Under the pieces are notes generated by a model. It did not search any database and was not told the origin of the DNA. It worked only from the letters and a program-made list of their open reading frames with translations. A stretch of 33,231 nt of DNA from Acidimicrobiia bacterium. GTDB lineage: Bacteria; Acidobacteriota; Vicinamibacteria; Vicinamibacterales; UBA2999. The DNA is taken from contig JAYWEJ010000300.1 in NCBI GenBank assembly GCA_043779345.1, forward strand, positions 1 through 33,231, read 5' to 3'. Shown here one piece after another: positions 9,546 to 16,438 of this stretch; within the stretch, counting starts at the first letter, position 1, and the number at the start of each line of letters is the position of its first letter. The translations under genes were made by a program, and so were the position numbers.

Positions 9546-10622
9546 CTACCTGATCTTGCCGTCAAGAATCTCGTAGGCGCGGCGCATCGCATGATTCGGC
9601 GTGATGCCGGGGGCCTTGATCGTCAGGTAGTTCACCGTATTGCCGCGCAGATCGACGAGCTTGGCGGCTTCCTCCCAGGGCGTGCCGGCCTTGTGGAACT
9701 TCTGCGCCTGCTCCCAGAAGTCGCGCAGGTACGCCTGCCAGTGATTGAGCTGCGCCTTGCCGGTGAACGATCGACCGTGTCCCGGCAGGACCGTTTCGAA
9801 GTCCACTCCCTTGAGCGCCTCGATGGTCGTGATCCATTCGGTGAAGAAGGCGTCGCCCATGTACGACGTGCCGTTGACCAGCAGATCGCCAGTGGCGACG
9901 ATGCGCTCTTTCGGCAGGTAGACGACGACGTCTCCGGCGGTGTGGCCGCGGCCGAGGAACAGCAGCCGGACTTCGCGCGCGCCGAGGTGCAGCGTCAGGC
10001 TCTGCGACAGCGTCATGGTCGGCGGCGTCGGCTTGACGGCGTTGGTGCCTTCGATGTGATTACGCTGGATCGCCAGCGCTTCCTGCAGCTGTGCGCGCGT
10101 CTTCTCGTCGGTCGCGGCAGCGAGGCGTCCCTCCATGGTCTTGATCGTGTTCGCCACGCCGCCCACGAAGAATTCGCGGGCGGGAGAGTCCTGCGACTTG
10201 CCGGCGACCATCTGCGTGCGCGTGAAGTCGTGGCCGATGATCTGGACCTCGGGACCGTAGATCTGGTTCCCGTGTGAGTGATCGAAGTGATAGTGCGAGT
10301 TCACGACCCATCGAATGGGCTTCGCCGTGATCGCCTTCAGTTCTTCCTGCAGGGCCCAGGCCCCGCCGGGGCTGACGTGCGAATCGACCACCAGCACGTC
10401 GCGATCGCCTTCGATGATGGCGGCGTTGGACATCACCACCAGGCTGCCGGTGCCGACGGCGTGGTAGACGCCTTCGGTGATCTTGTTGAAGGTGAACGCC
10501 GGGCCCTTGTAGTTGGTGCCCGGGGGCCGCGCCGACGCGGTCTGTTCAGTGCGATTGGCGGCAACCGCGATCGAGCCGAGCGCTGCGATGAGGACGAGGG
10601 TGGCGAGACGGGTGCGCGTCAT
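9546..10622 (-). CDS. Exported MBL-fold metallo-hydrolase
   Basis: Signal peptide MTRTRLATLVLIAALGSIAVAA. Metal motif HYHFDHSHGN (HxHxDH) and later GHTAGD. Confidence 0.85.
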   Translation of the reverse strand: MTRTRLATLVLIAALGSIAVAANRTEQTASARPPGTNYKGPAFTFNKITEGVYHAVGTGSLVVMSNAAIIEGDRDVLVVDSHVSPGGAWALQEELKAITAKPIRWVVNSHYHFDHSHGNQIYGPEVQIIGHDFTRTQMVAGKSQDSPAREFFVGGVANTIKTMEGRLAAATDEKTRAQLQEALAIQRNHIEGTNAVKPTPPTMTLSQSLTLHLGAREVRLLFLGRGHTAGDVVVYLPKERIVATGDLLVNGTSYMGDAFFTEWITTIEALKGVDFETVLPGHGRSFTGKAQLNHWQAYLRDFWEQAQKFHKAGTPWEEAAKLVDLRGNTVNYLTIKAPGITPNHAMRRAYEILDGKIR

Positions 10623-10643
10623 GCGCGCGATTATAGCCGTTCA

Positions 10644-10670
10644 AGCAGCGCGCCAACCCCCCGCGCTGCT
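10644..10670 (-). terminator. GC-rich hairpin at the 3' end of the DinB gene
   Basis: AGCAGCGCG (10644-10652) pairs with CGCGCTGCT (10662-10670) around a 9-nt loop. It abuts the DinB stop. No U-tract follows. Confidence 0.35.
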
Positions 10671-11158
10671 CAGCGCTCGCCCTCCGCGGGGCCCCGAGCG
10701 TGGACGCTAATCTGGCGGATGGCGCCCATGTGATACGCCAGGTGCGCGATGCTGCCGATCATGCCGCTGATCTCGACGTCCTGCACGTCTCTCGGCGTGC
10801 GCAGGACCACCAGCCACCGCGCCGCCTGGTCGCGGAGCTGAACGCGAAGCGCCTCCCACTCCGGCTCCGTGACGGATGTCCGCTTCCACGCGGCCGCCCA
10901 GTCGGCGTTGTTAAAGGGGTTCTCACCCTGGCTCCAGCGGTTCATCAGCGACAGGCCGTAGGCGACGTGCGCCACATGTGCGGCGATCGACGACCCCGTG
11001 CGCGTTAACGCCGACGCCTCCGAGGCTGGTACTCGCTCCAGCGATCGCAACAGTCCGCGATCTCGATGGTTGAGCATGAAGCCGCCCTTGCCGGATACCC
11101 CGTGCATCAATTCGCCGAAGAGGTTGTCGAGGATTCCTGTCAGCTGGTCTGTGCGCAT
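10670..11158 (-). CDS. DinB-family (four-helix, His-triad) protein
   Basis: The last 162 aa of the track ORF run MRTDQLTGILDNLF...; His-containing helices AAHVAHVAYGL and IAHLAYHMGAIRQI are typical of DinB/YfiT-like proteins. GAGG lies 5 nt upstream of ATG 11158. Confidence 0.55.
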   Translation of the reverse strand: MRTDQLTGILDNLFGELMHGVSGKGGFMLNHRDRGLLRSLERVPASEASALTRTGSSIAAHVAHVAYGLSLMNRWSQGENPFNNADWAAAWKRTSVTEPEWEALRVQLRDQAARWLVVLRTPRDVQDVEISGMIGSIAHLAYHMGAIRQISVHARGPAEGER

Positions 11159-11172
11159 CAACGCCTCGCGAA

Positions 11173-11208
11173 TAAGAAAAAGGGGCGAGCCGTCTGTGGC
11201 TCGCCCCT
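11173..11208 (-). terminator. Rho-independent terminator of the cytochrome / creatininase-like A operon
   Basis: An 11-bp perfect stem, AGGGGCGAGCC (11181-11191) with GGCTCGCCCCT (11198-11208), and a 6-nt loop. On the minus strand TTTTTCTT (11180-11173) follows. Confidence 0.8.
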
Positions 11209-11234
11209 TTCCGAAATCCGAGATTCGAATCGAG

Positions 11235-12191
11235 TTACTGCTGCGACGACGTCGTCTTGCTCTTCGCCGCGAGGTGCTTGTTGATCGCCTCGATGGTGTG
11301 GTTGGCGCGGAACTCGACGATCTTCTTCGCCAGTTCGGTGTTCTTCTTACGATCGGCGATGTTGACGCCGTTGATGGTCGCCTTGTTCGCCTTGACGCGC
11401 GCGTCGTAGCGCACCGAATTCGGATCGTCGATGAACATGTTGAGCGTGATGATCGGGTCGTCGTGCATGTTGTCCGACGTGCCTTCCTTGATGCCCTGGC
11501 CTGCCATGTACTTCGACACGCTGCCGTAGTCGTAGTACTCGCCGACGTGCAGCGCGAGCGCCTTGCCGGCCCACTTGGTGGTGAGCTTGTCCGCCACCGC
11601 CGCCTGGCCCTTCTGATTGCCGCCGCTGTCGCCGATGAAGATGACATTCTTGAAGCCGTGGGCTTGGAGGCTCTCGGCAATGTCGGTCAGCAGCATCTGA
11701 TACGTCTCTTCGCGCGTGCTGATCGTGCCGGGCGAGGTCATGTGGCCGGTCTTGGGCTCGATGCCGCCCTCGGGCACGAACTTGACGATCGGCGCGCACA
11801 GGGCGTTGCCCATCTTGCGGGCGATGGCCTCGCAGTTCGCGTGCAGCACGTAGTTGTGCTTGCCGGTCACCAGCCACACGCCGTTCGGCTCCATGCCTCC
11901 GGTCGGGACGATCACGTTGGTCTTGCCGGCCTTCAGCGCGTCACGCACGTCGATCCAGGTCATCTCCTCGAGCCACACCGTGTTGGCGGCGGGCAGCGGA
12001 TTGGCGACGTCGTTGCAGTTGTACGGATTGTCGCGGCAGTCACCGCCGCCCATCGAACGCGGATCGGGCTCGCGGCGCTGGCGCTGCTGCTGTCCGGCGG
12101 CGCCGGGCGCGCCGGGCGTGGCGGGTGGCTGCGCGTACGCGGCGCCGGCGAAAATGACGAAGCTGAGTGCGGTCAGGGCAATCTGTTTCAT
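11235..12191 (-). CDS. Exported creatininase-fold (creatinine amidohydrolase family) protein, paralog A, non-canonical metal motifs
   Basis: Signal peptide MKQIALTALSFVIFAGAAYA and a Pro/Gln-rich linker. Core: WIDVRDALKAGKTNVIVPTGGMEPNGVWLVTGKHN ... VIFIGDSGGN. AAGAGGA precedes the ATG. It lies 9 nt downstream of the cytochrome gene. Confidence 0.6.
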   Translation of the reverse strand: MKQIALTALSFVIFAGAAYAQPPATPGAPGAAGQQQRQRREPDPRSMGGGDCRDNPYNCNDVANPLPAANTVWLEEMTWIDVRDALKAGKTNVIVPTGGMEPNGVWLVTGKHNYVLHANCEAIARKMGNALCAPIVKFVPEGGIEPKTGHMTSPGTISTREETYQMLLTDIAESLQAHGFKNVIFIGDSGGNQKGQAAVADKLTTKWAGKALALHVGEYYDYGSVSKYMAGQGIKEGTSDNMHDDPIITLNMFIDDPNSVRYDARVKANKATINGVNIADRKKNTELAKKIVEFRANHTIEAINKHLAAKSKTTSSQQ

Positions 12192-12200
12192 GTTGTCCTC

Positions 12201-13064
12201 TTAGCCTGCGGTCTTGATGCGGAACGTTCCGTCTTCCATGCGTTCACGATACTTGCCGTGGCAGGACGCGCAGGTCCCGCCGAGCGGCGTCACCGACGTC
12301 TTGGCCGCTTCGATGTTGTTGAGCCCGAGGTTGACGAGGATCGCGTCGGCGTGGCTCTTGCCTTCGCCGGCCCACTTCATCGCTTCCTGGTTGTTCTTGG
12401 TCTTGAAGAACGTCTCGATCTGCGTGAAGGCATCCTTCAACACCACCGCCTGTTCCTTGGCGCCGGCCATGTCCTTGCTGTCGAGCGACTTGCGCACCGC
12501 GCCCTGTGCCGGCGGCAGCTTGGTCATGATCTTCTGCAGCGCCAGGTCGTCGGCGGTCATCGGCGGAATCGGCTTTTTGGCGATGTCGATGCCGGCGCTG
12601 TTGATCACGGCGGTGGCGAGCACGACGGGCTTGCCCTTGAACTTCGCGGCGTCGGCCGGCGAGAGATCGATCTGGTAGTCCTTCAGCTTCGCCGCGACTT
12701 CCTTCTCGTCGAACTTGATCAGCTGGCCGATCACGGTGACGTAGCCGTTCGCGTCCGCCTGCTTTTGCAGCGTCGGTGCGAGCACGAGCACTTCCTTGCC
12801 GGTGGCCTTGGTCTTGTCCTGATCGACCGAGAACGACGTCTTGGTCAGGAGCGCTTCGACCGCGCCGGTCATGGTCACGTATTCACCGACGTACGAGTCG
12901 GGATTGGCGGCGACCGAGCTGGCGGCGACGGGCACGAGCGGCTTGGGCGGTGTGTTGGCCGCCGGCGGCGGCCCTTGTGGCGGTCCCTGCGCCGCGAAGG
13001 TGGCGGCAAACGCGGTCACGGCCATGGCGGCCACGAAGACGGTGGACTTGGTCGAACGTTGCAT
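12201..13064 (-). CDS. Exported c-type cytochrome: class II (cytochrome c'/c556-like) C-terminal domain with an unassigned N-terminal domain
   Basis: Signal peptide with AFAATFAAQ. A single CxxCH (GGTCASCHGKYRE) lies about 20 aa from the C-terminus after a helix-rich segment of about 130 aa, which is the class II cytochrome c layout. About 130 aa of beta-looking sequence of unknown family precede it. Confidence 0.65.
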   Translation of the reverse strand: MQRSTKSTVFVAAMAVTAFAATFAAQGPPQGPPPAANTPPKPLVPVAASSVAANPDSYVGEYVTMTGAVEALLTKTSFSVDQDKTKATGKEVLVLAPTLQKQADANGYVTVIGQLIKFDEKEVAAKLKDYQIDLSPADAAKFKGKPVVLATAVINSAGIDIAKKPIPPMTADDLALQKIMTKLPPAQGAVRKSLDSKDMAGAKEQAVVLKDAFTQIETFFKTKNNQEAMKWAGEGKSHADAILVNLGLNNIEAAKTSVTPLGGTCASCHGKYRERMEDGTFRIKTAG

Positions 13065-13152
13065 GGATAGACTCCTGAATCTGTGAGGCGAACCACATTG
13101 TAATGGATACGGCTAATATGGCGGGACATAACACCCCTTGCCTGGAGGACCG

Positions 13153-14028
13153 ATGCGCGCTCTGACGTATCTATTTGTAACGCTGCTCACCACCACGACC
13201 ATGGCGCAAACCCCCGCGCCTGGAGCGCAGCAGCCGGAACGCCGTGTCGCCTCTGTCAACACGCAGCCGCGCGTCGATGTCACCAACATGCCGCGCCCGA
13301 TCGACATGCACGACAGCGTCTGGATCGAGGACCTGACGATGTTGGAGGTGCGCGATCTGATCAAGGCCGGCAAGACGACAGCCTTGATTCTGACCGGCGG
13401 CATCGAGGAAAACGGGCCGTACCTGACGACCGGCAAGCACAACAACGTGCTCAAGGCGACCGGTGAATCGATCGCGCGCGCGCTCGGCAACGCGCTGGTC
13501 GCGCCGATCGTGACGCTCGAGCCGGGCAACCCGATGCGTCCGAACCTGTCGCCGGGCACCATTGTCCTGTCGCAGGCGACGTTCCAGGCCGTGCTCGCCG
13601 ACATGGCAAACAGCCTCCGCTCGCAGGGCTTCAAGGACGTCATCATGGTCGGCGACAGCGGCGGCAACCTCAAGGGCCTGCAGGCCGCCGCGACGTCATT
13701 GAACGCGGAGTGGCAGGGGCAGGGCTACGTCCACTTCATCCCCGAGTATTACAACTACGCCGACGTCGAGAAGTTCCAGGAAGAGAAGCTCGGCATCCAC
13801 GAAAAGCTCGAGGGCTACCACGACGACTACTACATCACCGCGATCATCTCGACGGTGAGCACCGACGCCATTCGCATGCGGGAGCGCCGGAAGGCGGGCA
13901 AGTTCGTGATCAACGGCGTGCCGCTCGATCCGATTGCGAAGACGATCGAGAACGGCAAGAAGATGGTCGCGTTCCGAACGGAGGCCACGGTTGCCGCAAT
14001 CAAGAAGTCGATGGACAATCGCAAGTAG
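13153..14028 (+). CDS. Exported creatininase-fold protein, paralog B, non-canonical metal motifs
   Basis: Signal peptide MRALTYLFVTLLTTTTMAQT. Core: MLEVRDLIKAGKTTALILTGGIEENGPYLTTGKHN ... VIMVGDSGGN, collinear with paralog A. GGAGGA (13144-13149) precedes ATG 13153. Confidence 0.6.
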   Translation: MRALTYLFVTLLTTTTMAQTPAPGAQQPERRVASVNTQPRVDVTNMPRPIDMHDSVWIEDLTMLEVRDLIKAGKTTALILTGGIEENGPYLTTGKHNNVLKATGESIARALGNALVAPIVTLEPGNPMRPNLSPGTIVLSQATFQAVLADMANSLRSQGFKDVIMVGDSGGNLKGLQAAATSLNAEWQGQGYVHFIPEYYNYADVEKFQEEKLGIHEKLEGYHDDYYITAIISTVSTDAIRMRERRKAGKFVINGVPLDPIAKTIENGKKMVAFRTEATVAAIKKSMDNRK

Positions 14029-14935
14029 CGTCGCGCTCGCATCGTCTCTGCTTGTCGTCGCATCGATCGCGGCGGCGCAATCCTTTCCGAAGGCCACCGG
14101 CCGCGTCAACGACTTCGCGAACGTGATCGACCCGGGCACCGAGGCCGAGCTCGATCGCCGGCTCGATCAGCTGGAACAACAGACCTCCTCTGAGATCGCG
14201 GTCGCGACCGTGCCATCGCTCGGAGGCATGGCGGCCACCGACTACGCCAACCGCCTGTTCAGGGAATGGCGTGTCGGCCAGGCGAAAACCGACAACGGCG
14301 TCCTCGTCGTGATCGGCGTCGACGATCGCGAGATGGCGATCGAAGTGGGCTATGGGCTCGAAGGTGTGCTGCCCGACGGCCTCGCCGGTCAAGTGATTCG
14401 CGAAGACTTCACCCCGCGCTTCAAGGACGGCGATTACTCGGGCGGGATTAGCGCCGGCGTCAACCGCCTCGCCGACATCGTCGAGAAGCAACAGGTCCTG
14501 ACGCCGGAGGAGCTCGCGAAATTCAACGAGACGCCGGACGAAGTGCCGGCCTGGATCCTGATTCCGTTCCTTGGCTTGTTCGTCGCGATCGGTTTCGGAA
14601 TGGTCGGTATCGGCATTCGCACCAAGACCGGATTTCCACTGCTGTTCGGAGGCTTCTTCGGCGGCATGCCGCTGCTGCTGAGCCTGATCACACCGGTGTG
14701 GTCGCTGATGACGCTGTTTCCGCTCGCCGCGGCGATGACGATCGCCGGCTACCGTCTTGGCGGGCGCAAGTCGTGGCGCAATGCGTTTCGGGACGGCAAA
14801 GGCGGTGGCGGGTCCCCCGGCAGCGGCTGGACGATGGGCAACACGAGTTCAGGCGGTTCAAGCAGTTCAAGTGGTTCATCGAGCAGCTTTGGCGGCGGAT
14901 CGTCGGGCGGTGGGGGAGCGTCGGGCAAATGGTAA
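13991..14935 (+). CDS. TPM-domain (YgcG-like) membrane protein with Gly/Ser-rich tail
   Basis: TPM signature RVNDFANVIDPGTEAELDRRLDQLEQQTSSEIAVATV ... NGVLVVIGVDDREMAIEVGYGLEG. Hydrophobic helices follow, then a GGGSSG-rich C-terminus. TTG 13991 has GGAGG (13980-13984) 6 nt upstream and gives a signal-like N-terminus. The only other start is TTG 13934. Confidence 0.75.
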   Translation: MPQSRSRWTIASSVALASSLLVVASIAAAQSFPKATGRVNDFANVIDPGTEAELDRRLDQLEQQTSSEIAVATVPSLGGMAATDYANRLFREWRVGQAKTDNGVLVVIGVDDREMAIEVGYGLEGVLPDGLAGQVIREDFTPRFKDGDYSGGISAGVNRLADIVEKQQVLTPEELAKFNETPDEVPAWILIPFLGLFVAIGFGMVGIGIRTKTGFPLLFGGFFGGMPLLLSLITPVWSLMTLFPLAAAMTIAGYRLGGRKSWRNAFRDGKGGGGSPGSGWTMGNTSSGGSSSSSGSSSSFGGGSSGGGGASGKW

Positions 14936-15480
14936 GAGCTCGGTGCGTAGGGTGCGTACAGTGCGTGATGTGCCTACTTGGTTCTGCGTGCTCTTATCTG
15001 CCGGCGGGGCAGGAGCGCGCGCGGGCGATCGAAATACTACAGGCGCAAGAGGCCGTGAAGCAGGTGTCGGTCGGTTGCGAGGGCGCGATTCTCGCCAGCG
15101 ACGGCTTGTGCGCCGATCTCGTTCTCGGTGAGGGCGCGAAGATTCGTTTCGAGCAGGTCGGTTTCAATTCATTCGGAGCCACGGCGGTCAACGTGGTGGT
15201 GGCCCAAGCCGGCGGCCTCGTGCCCCGCGTGGCATCGTGTCGCGGCATCAGCCCGCCGAACTTCCATCGTGAAAGCGCGCTCGGGCATCACTTTCAGCCG
15301 ACCTTGATCGATCTGAAGGAAGCGGTCAGCCGGCATCGCGAGCTGCTCGAAGAAGTGGAGTTCTGGCCGCAGTGCCCGACGTTCTGGGAAGTCCAGGACA
15401 AGCGCGGAGAAAACTTCCGCTACTGCGCGCGCAAGCAGGGCGCGGCCGACGAGCCTCCCAGGCCTGACGCCTGTCCGTAG
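14929..15480 (+). CDS. Hypothetical Cys-rich protein (N-terminal CVGCVQCVMC repeat)
   Basis: Third-position GC bias is strong from about 15000 to the stop. ATG 14929 overlaps the TPM stop, with GGGGGAG about 10 nt upstream. An alternative ATG lies at 14968. 11 Cys, and no family I recognise. Confidence 0.45.
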   Translation: MVRARCVGCVQCVMCLLGSACSYLPAGQERARAIEILQAQEAVKQVSVGCEGAILASDGLCADLVLGEGAKIRFEQVGFNSFGATAVNVVVAQAGGLVPRVASCRGISPPNFHRESALGHHFQPTLIDLKEAVSRHRELLEEVEFWPQCPTFWEVQDKRGENFRYCARKQGAADEPPRPDACP

Positions 15481-15503
15481 AGGCGGGCCCTCAGACCCGC
15501 CTA
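15478..15503. repeat. REP-like GC-rich palindrome (family A, copy 1) between convergent genes; probable bidirectional terminator
   Basis: GTAGAGGCGGGCCCTCAGACCCGCCTA. AGGCGGG (15481-15487) pairs with CCCGCCT (15496-15502). It overlaps both stop codons. It matches the element at 28945-28970 at 23 of 26 positions. Confidence 0.6.
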
Positions 15504-16013
15504 ATCATCCGACAGCACCAAATACAGCGCCAGCGGCGCGAGCAGCATCACGACCGCGCCGAGCAGTCCGAGCATCAGGCTCATGCGGAGCCCATTGCCG
15601 ATCGCCGTCGCGACCTGCGGATTTGGCAGGAACTCCCGCGTTACCGTCCACGCCGTGTCGAAAGCGCCGGGTAGCACGGGCCACATCGCCGTCACGGCCG
15701 CGAGTACCGCGCCGATCACGATTGCCGCGGTGATGCCGTGCATCCAGGTCATCGGCCGCGCCGCGGCCTGCGTTGATTCGAGGCGTGCGCGCACGGCGGC
15801 GCGCCACCAGACCTGGCCCGCGGCGGGGATGTGCGCTTCGATGCGCGACGACTCGCTGTCTTCTCGCAGCAGGATCGACACGCTGCCGACTTCGCGGCAG
15901 GTCGCGCAGTCCTTCGCGTGCGCCACGAGCCCCTCGTCACACCCGTGCGGCCACGAGCCGGACAGCACCGCGTTGACGACGGCGGTTTCCTTCGGGCAAT
16001 CGAGATGACTCAT
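15501..16013 (-). CDS. Anti-sigma factor, zinc-finger (zf-HC2) type, membrane anchored
   Basis: HxxxCxxC motif (HAKDCATCRE) in the N-terminal domain and two C-terminal hydrophobic helices. The start overlaps the ECF sigma stop by 4 nt. Confidence 0.75.
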   Translation of the reverse strand: MSHLDCPKETAVVNAVLSGSWPHGCDEGLVAHAKDCATCREVGSVSILLREDSESSRIEAHIPAAGQVWWRAAVRARLESTQAAARPMTWMHGITAAIVIGAVLAAVTAMWPVLPGAFDTAWTVTREFLPNPQVATAIGNGLRMSLMLGLLGAVVMLLAPLALYLVLSDD

Positions 16014-16438
16014 GACCGCCCTCCGGGAGTGAGCAGCGTCGCCAAACGATGCCGCGCACGATGCAGCATCTGCTTGAGACTCGCCGTCTTGACGCCGATC
16101 GCGTTGGCGATTTCTTCATGCGACCAGCCTTGCGCGTAGGCCAGCCACAGCAGGCTGCGTTCGCGCGGCTTCAACCGTTTCATCGCGCGATGCAGATCGA
16201 GCCGGCGCGCGGCACGCTCGGCGGCCTGCGCCGCGGCGGCAGCATCGGGCACTTCGGGAATGGCCGCCGCCGGCACTTCCATGAACGGTTTGCGGCGATG
16301 GTCGTGGACCAGGTTGGTTGCAATCCGGAATAAGTAGTTCTTGCGATGGTCGTCGCTCACGAACGCCGCGTTCGCGCGCAGGAACCGGTAATACGTTTCC
16401 TGCAGCAAATCATCGGCGAGGCGATCGTCGCCGGTCAT
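16010..16438 (-). CDS. ECF-type RNA polymerase sigma-70 factor; 5' boundary anomalous
   Basis: Region 2: DDLLQETYYRFL. Region 4: RERSLLWLAYAQGWSHEEIANAIGVKTASLKQMLHRARHRL. The first canonical start is ATG 16438. Sigma-like sequence (EAFRSFYELTARPVRVYLAR) continues in frame upstream to 16498, with an in-frame TAA at 16522-16520 and no ATG/GTG/TTG in between. Confidence 0.8.
   Translation of the reverse strand: MTGDDRLADDLLQETYYRFLRANAAFVSDDHRKNYLFRIATNLVHDHRRKPFMEVPAAAIPEVPDAAAAAQAAERAARRLDLHRAMKRLKPRERSLLWLAYAQGWSHEEIANAIGVKTASLKQMLHRARHRLATLLTPGGRS

Noticed and set aside
11159-11680. N-terminal extension of the DinB ORF (336-aa version)
   Set aside because: The extension is Ser/Thr/Arg-rich junk. 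It overlaps the creatininase-like A gene out of frame and reads through the strong terminator at 11173-11208. ATG 11158 with a GAGG RBS gives a normal-sized DinB protein.
10998-13070. 690-aa ORF on the plus strand
   Set aside because: It lies antisense to the creatininase-like A and cytochrome genes, both of which have clear motifs, signal peptides and RBSs. Its translation is Arg/Gly/Ala/Val-rich low-complexity sequence, as expected of shadow ORFs in high-GC DNA, and it crosses a terminator.
13934-13990. Longer TPM start (TTG 13934)
   Set aside because: It would overlap the paralog B gene by 95 nt and add an Arg-rich non-signal N-terminus. TTG 13991 has GGAGG at ideal spacing and yields a signal-like peptide.
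14860-14930. Tandem GGTTCAAGC-like DNA repeats
   Set aside because: They simply encode the Gly/Ser-rich low-complexity tail of the TPM/YgcG-type protein, which is typical of that family.
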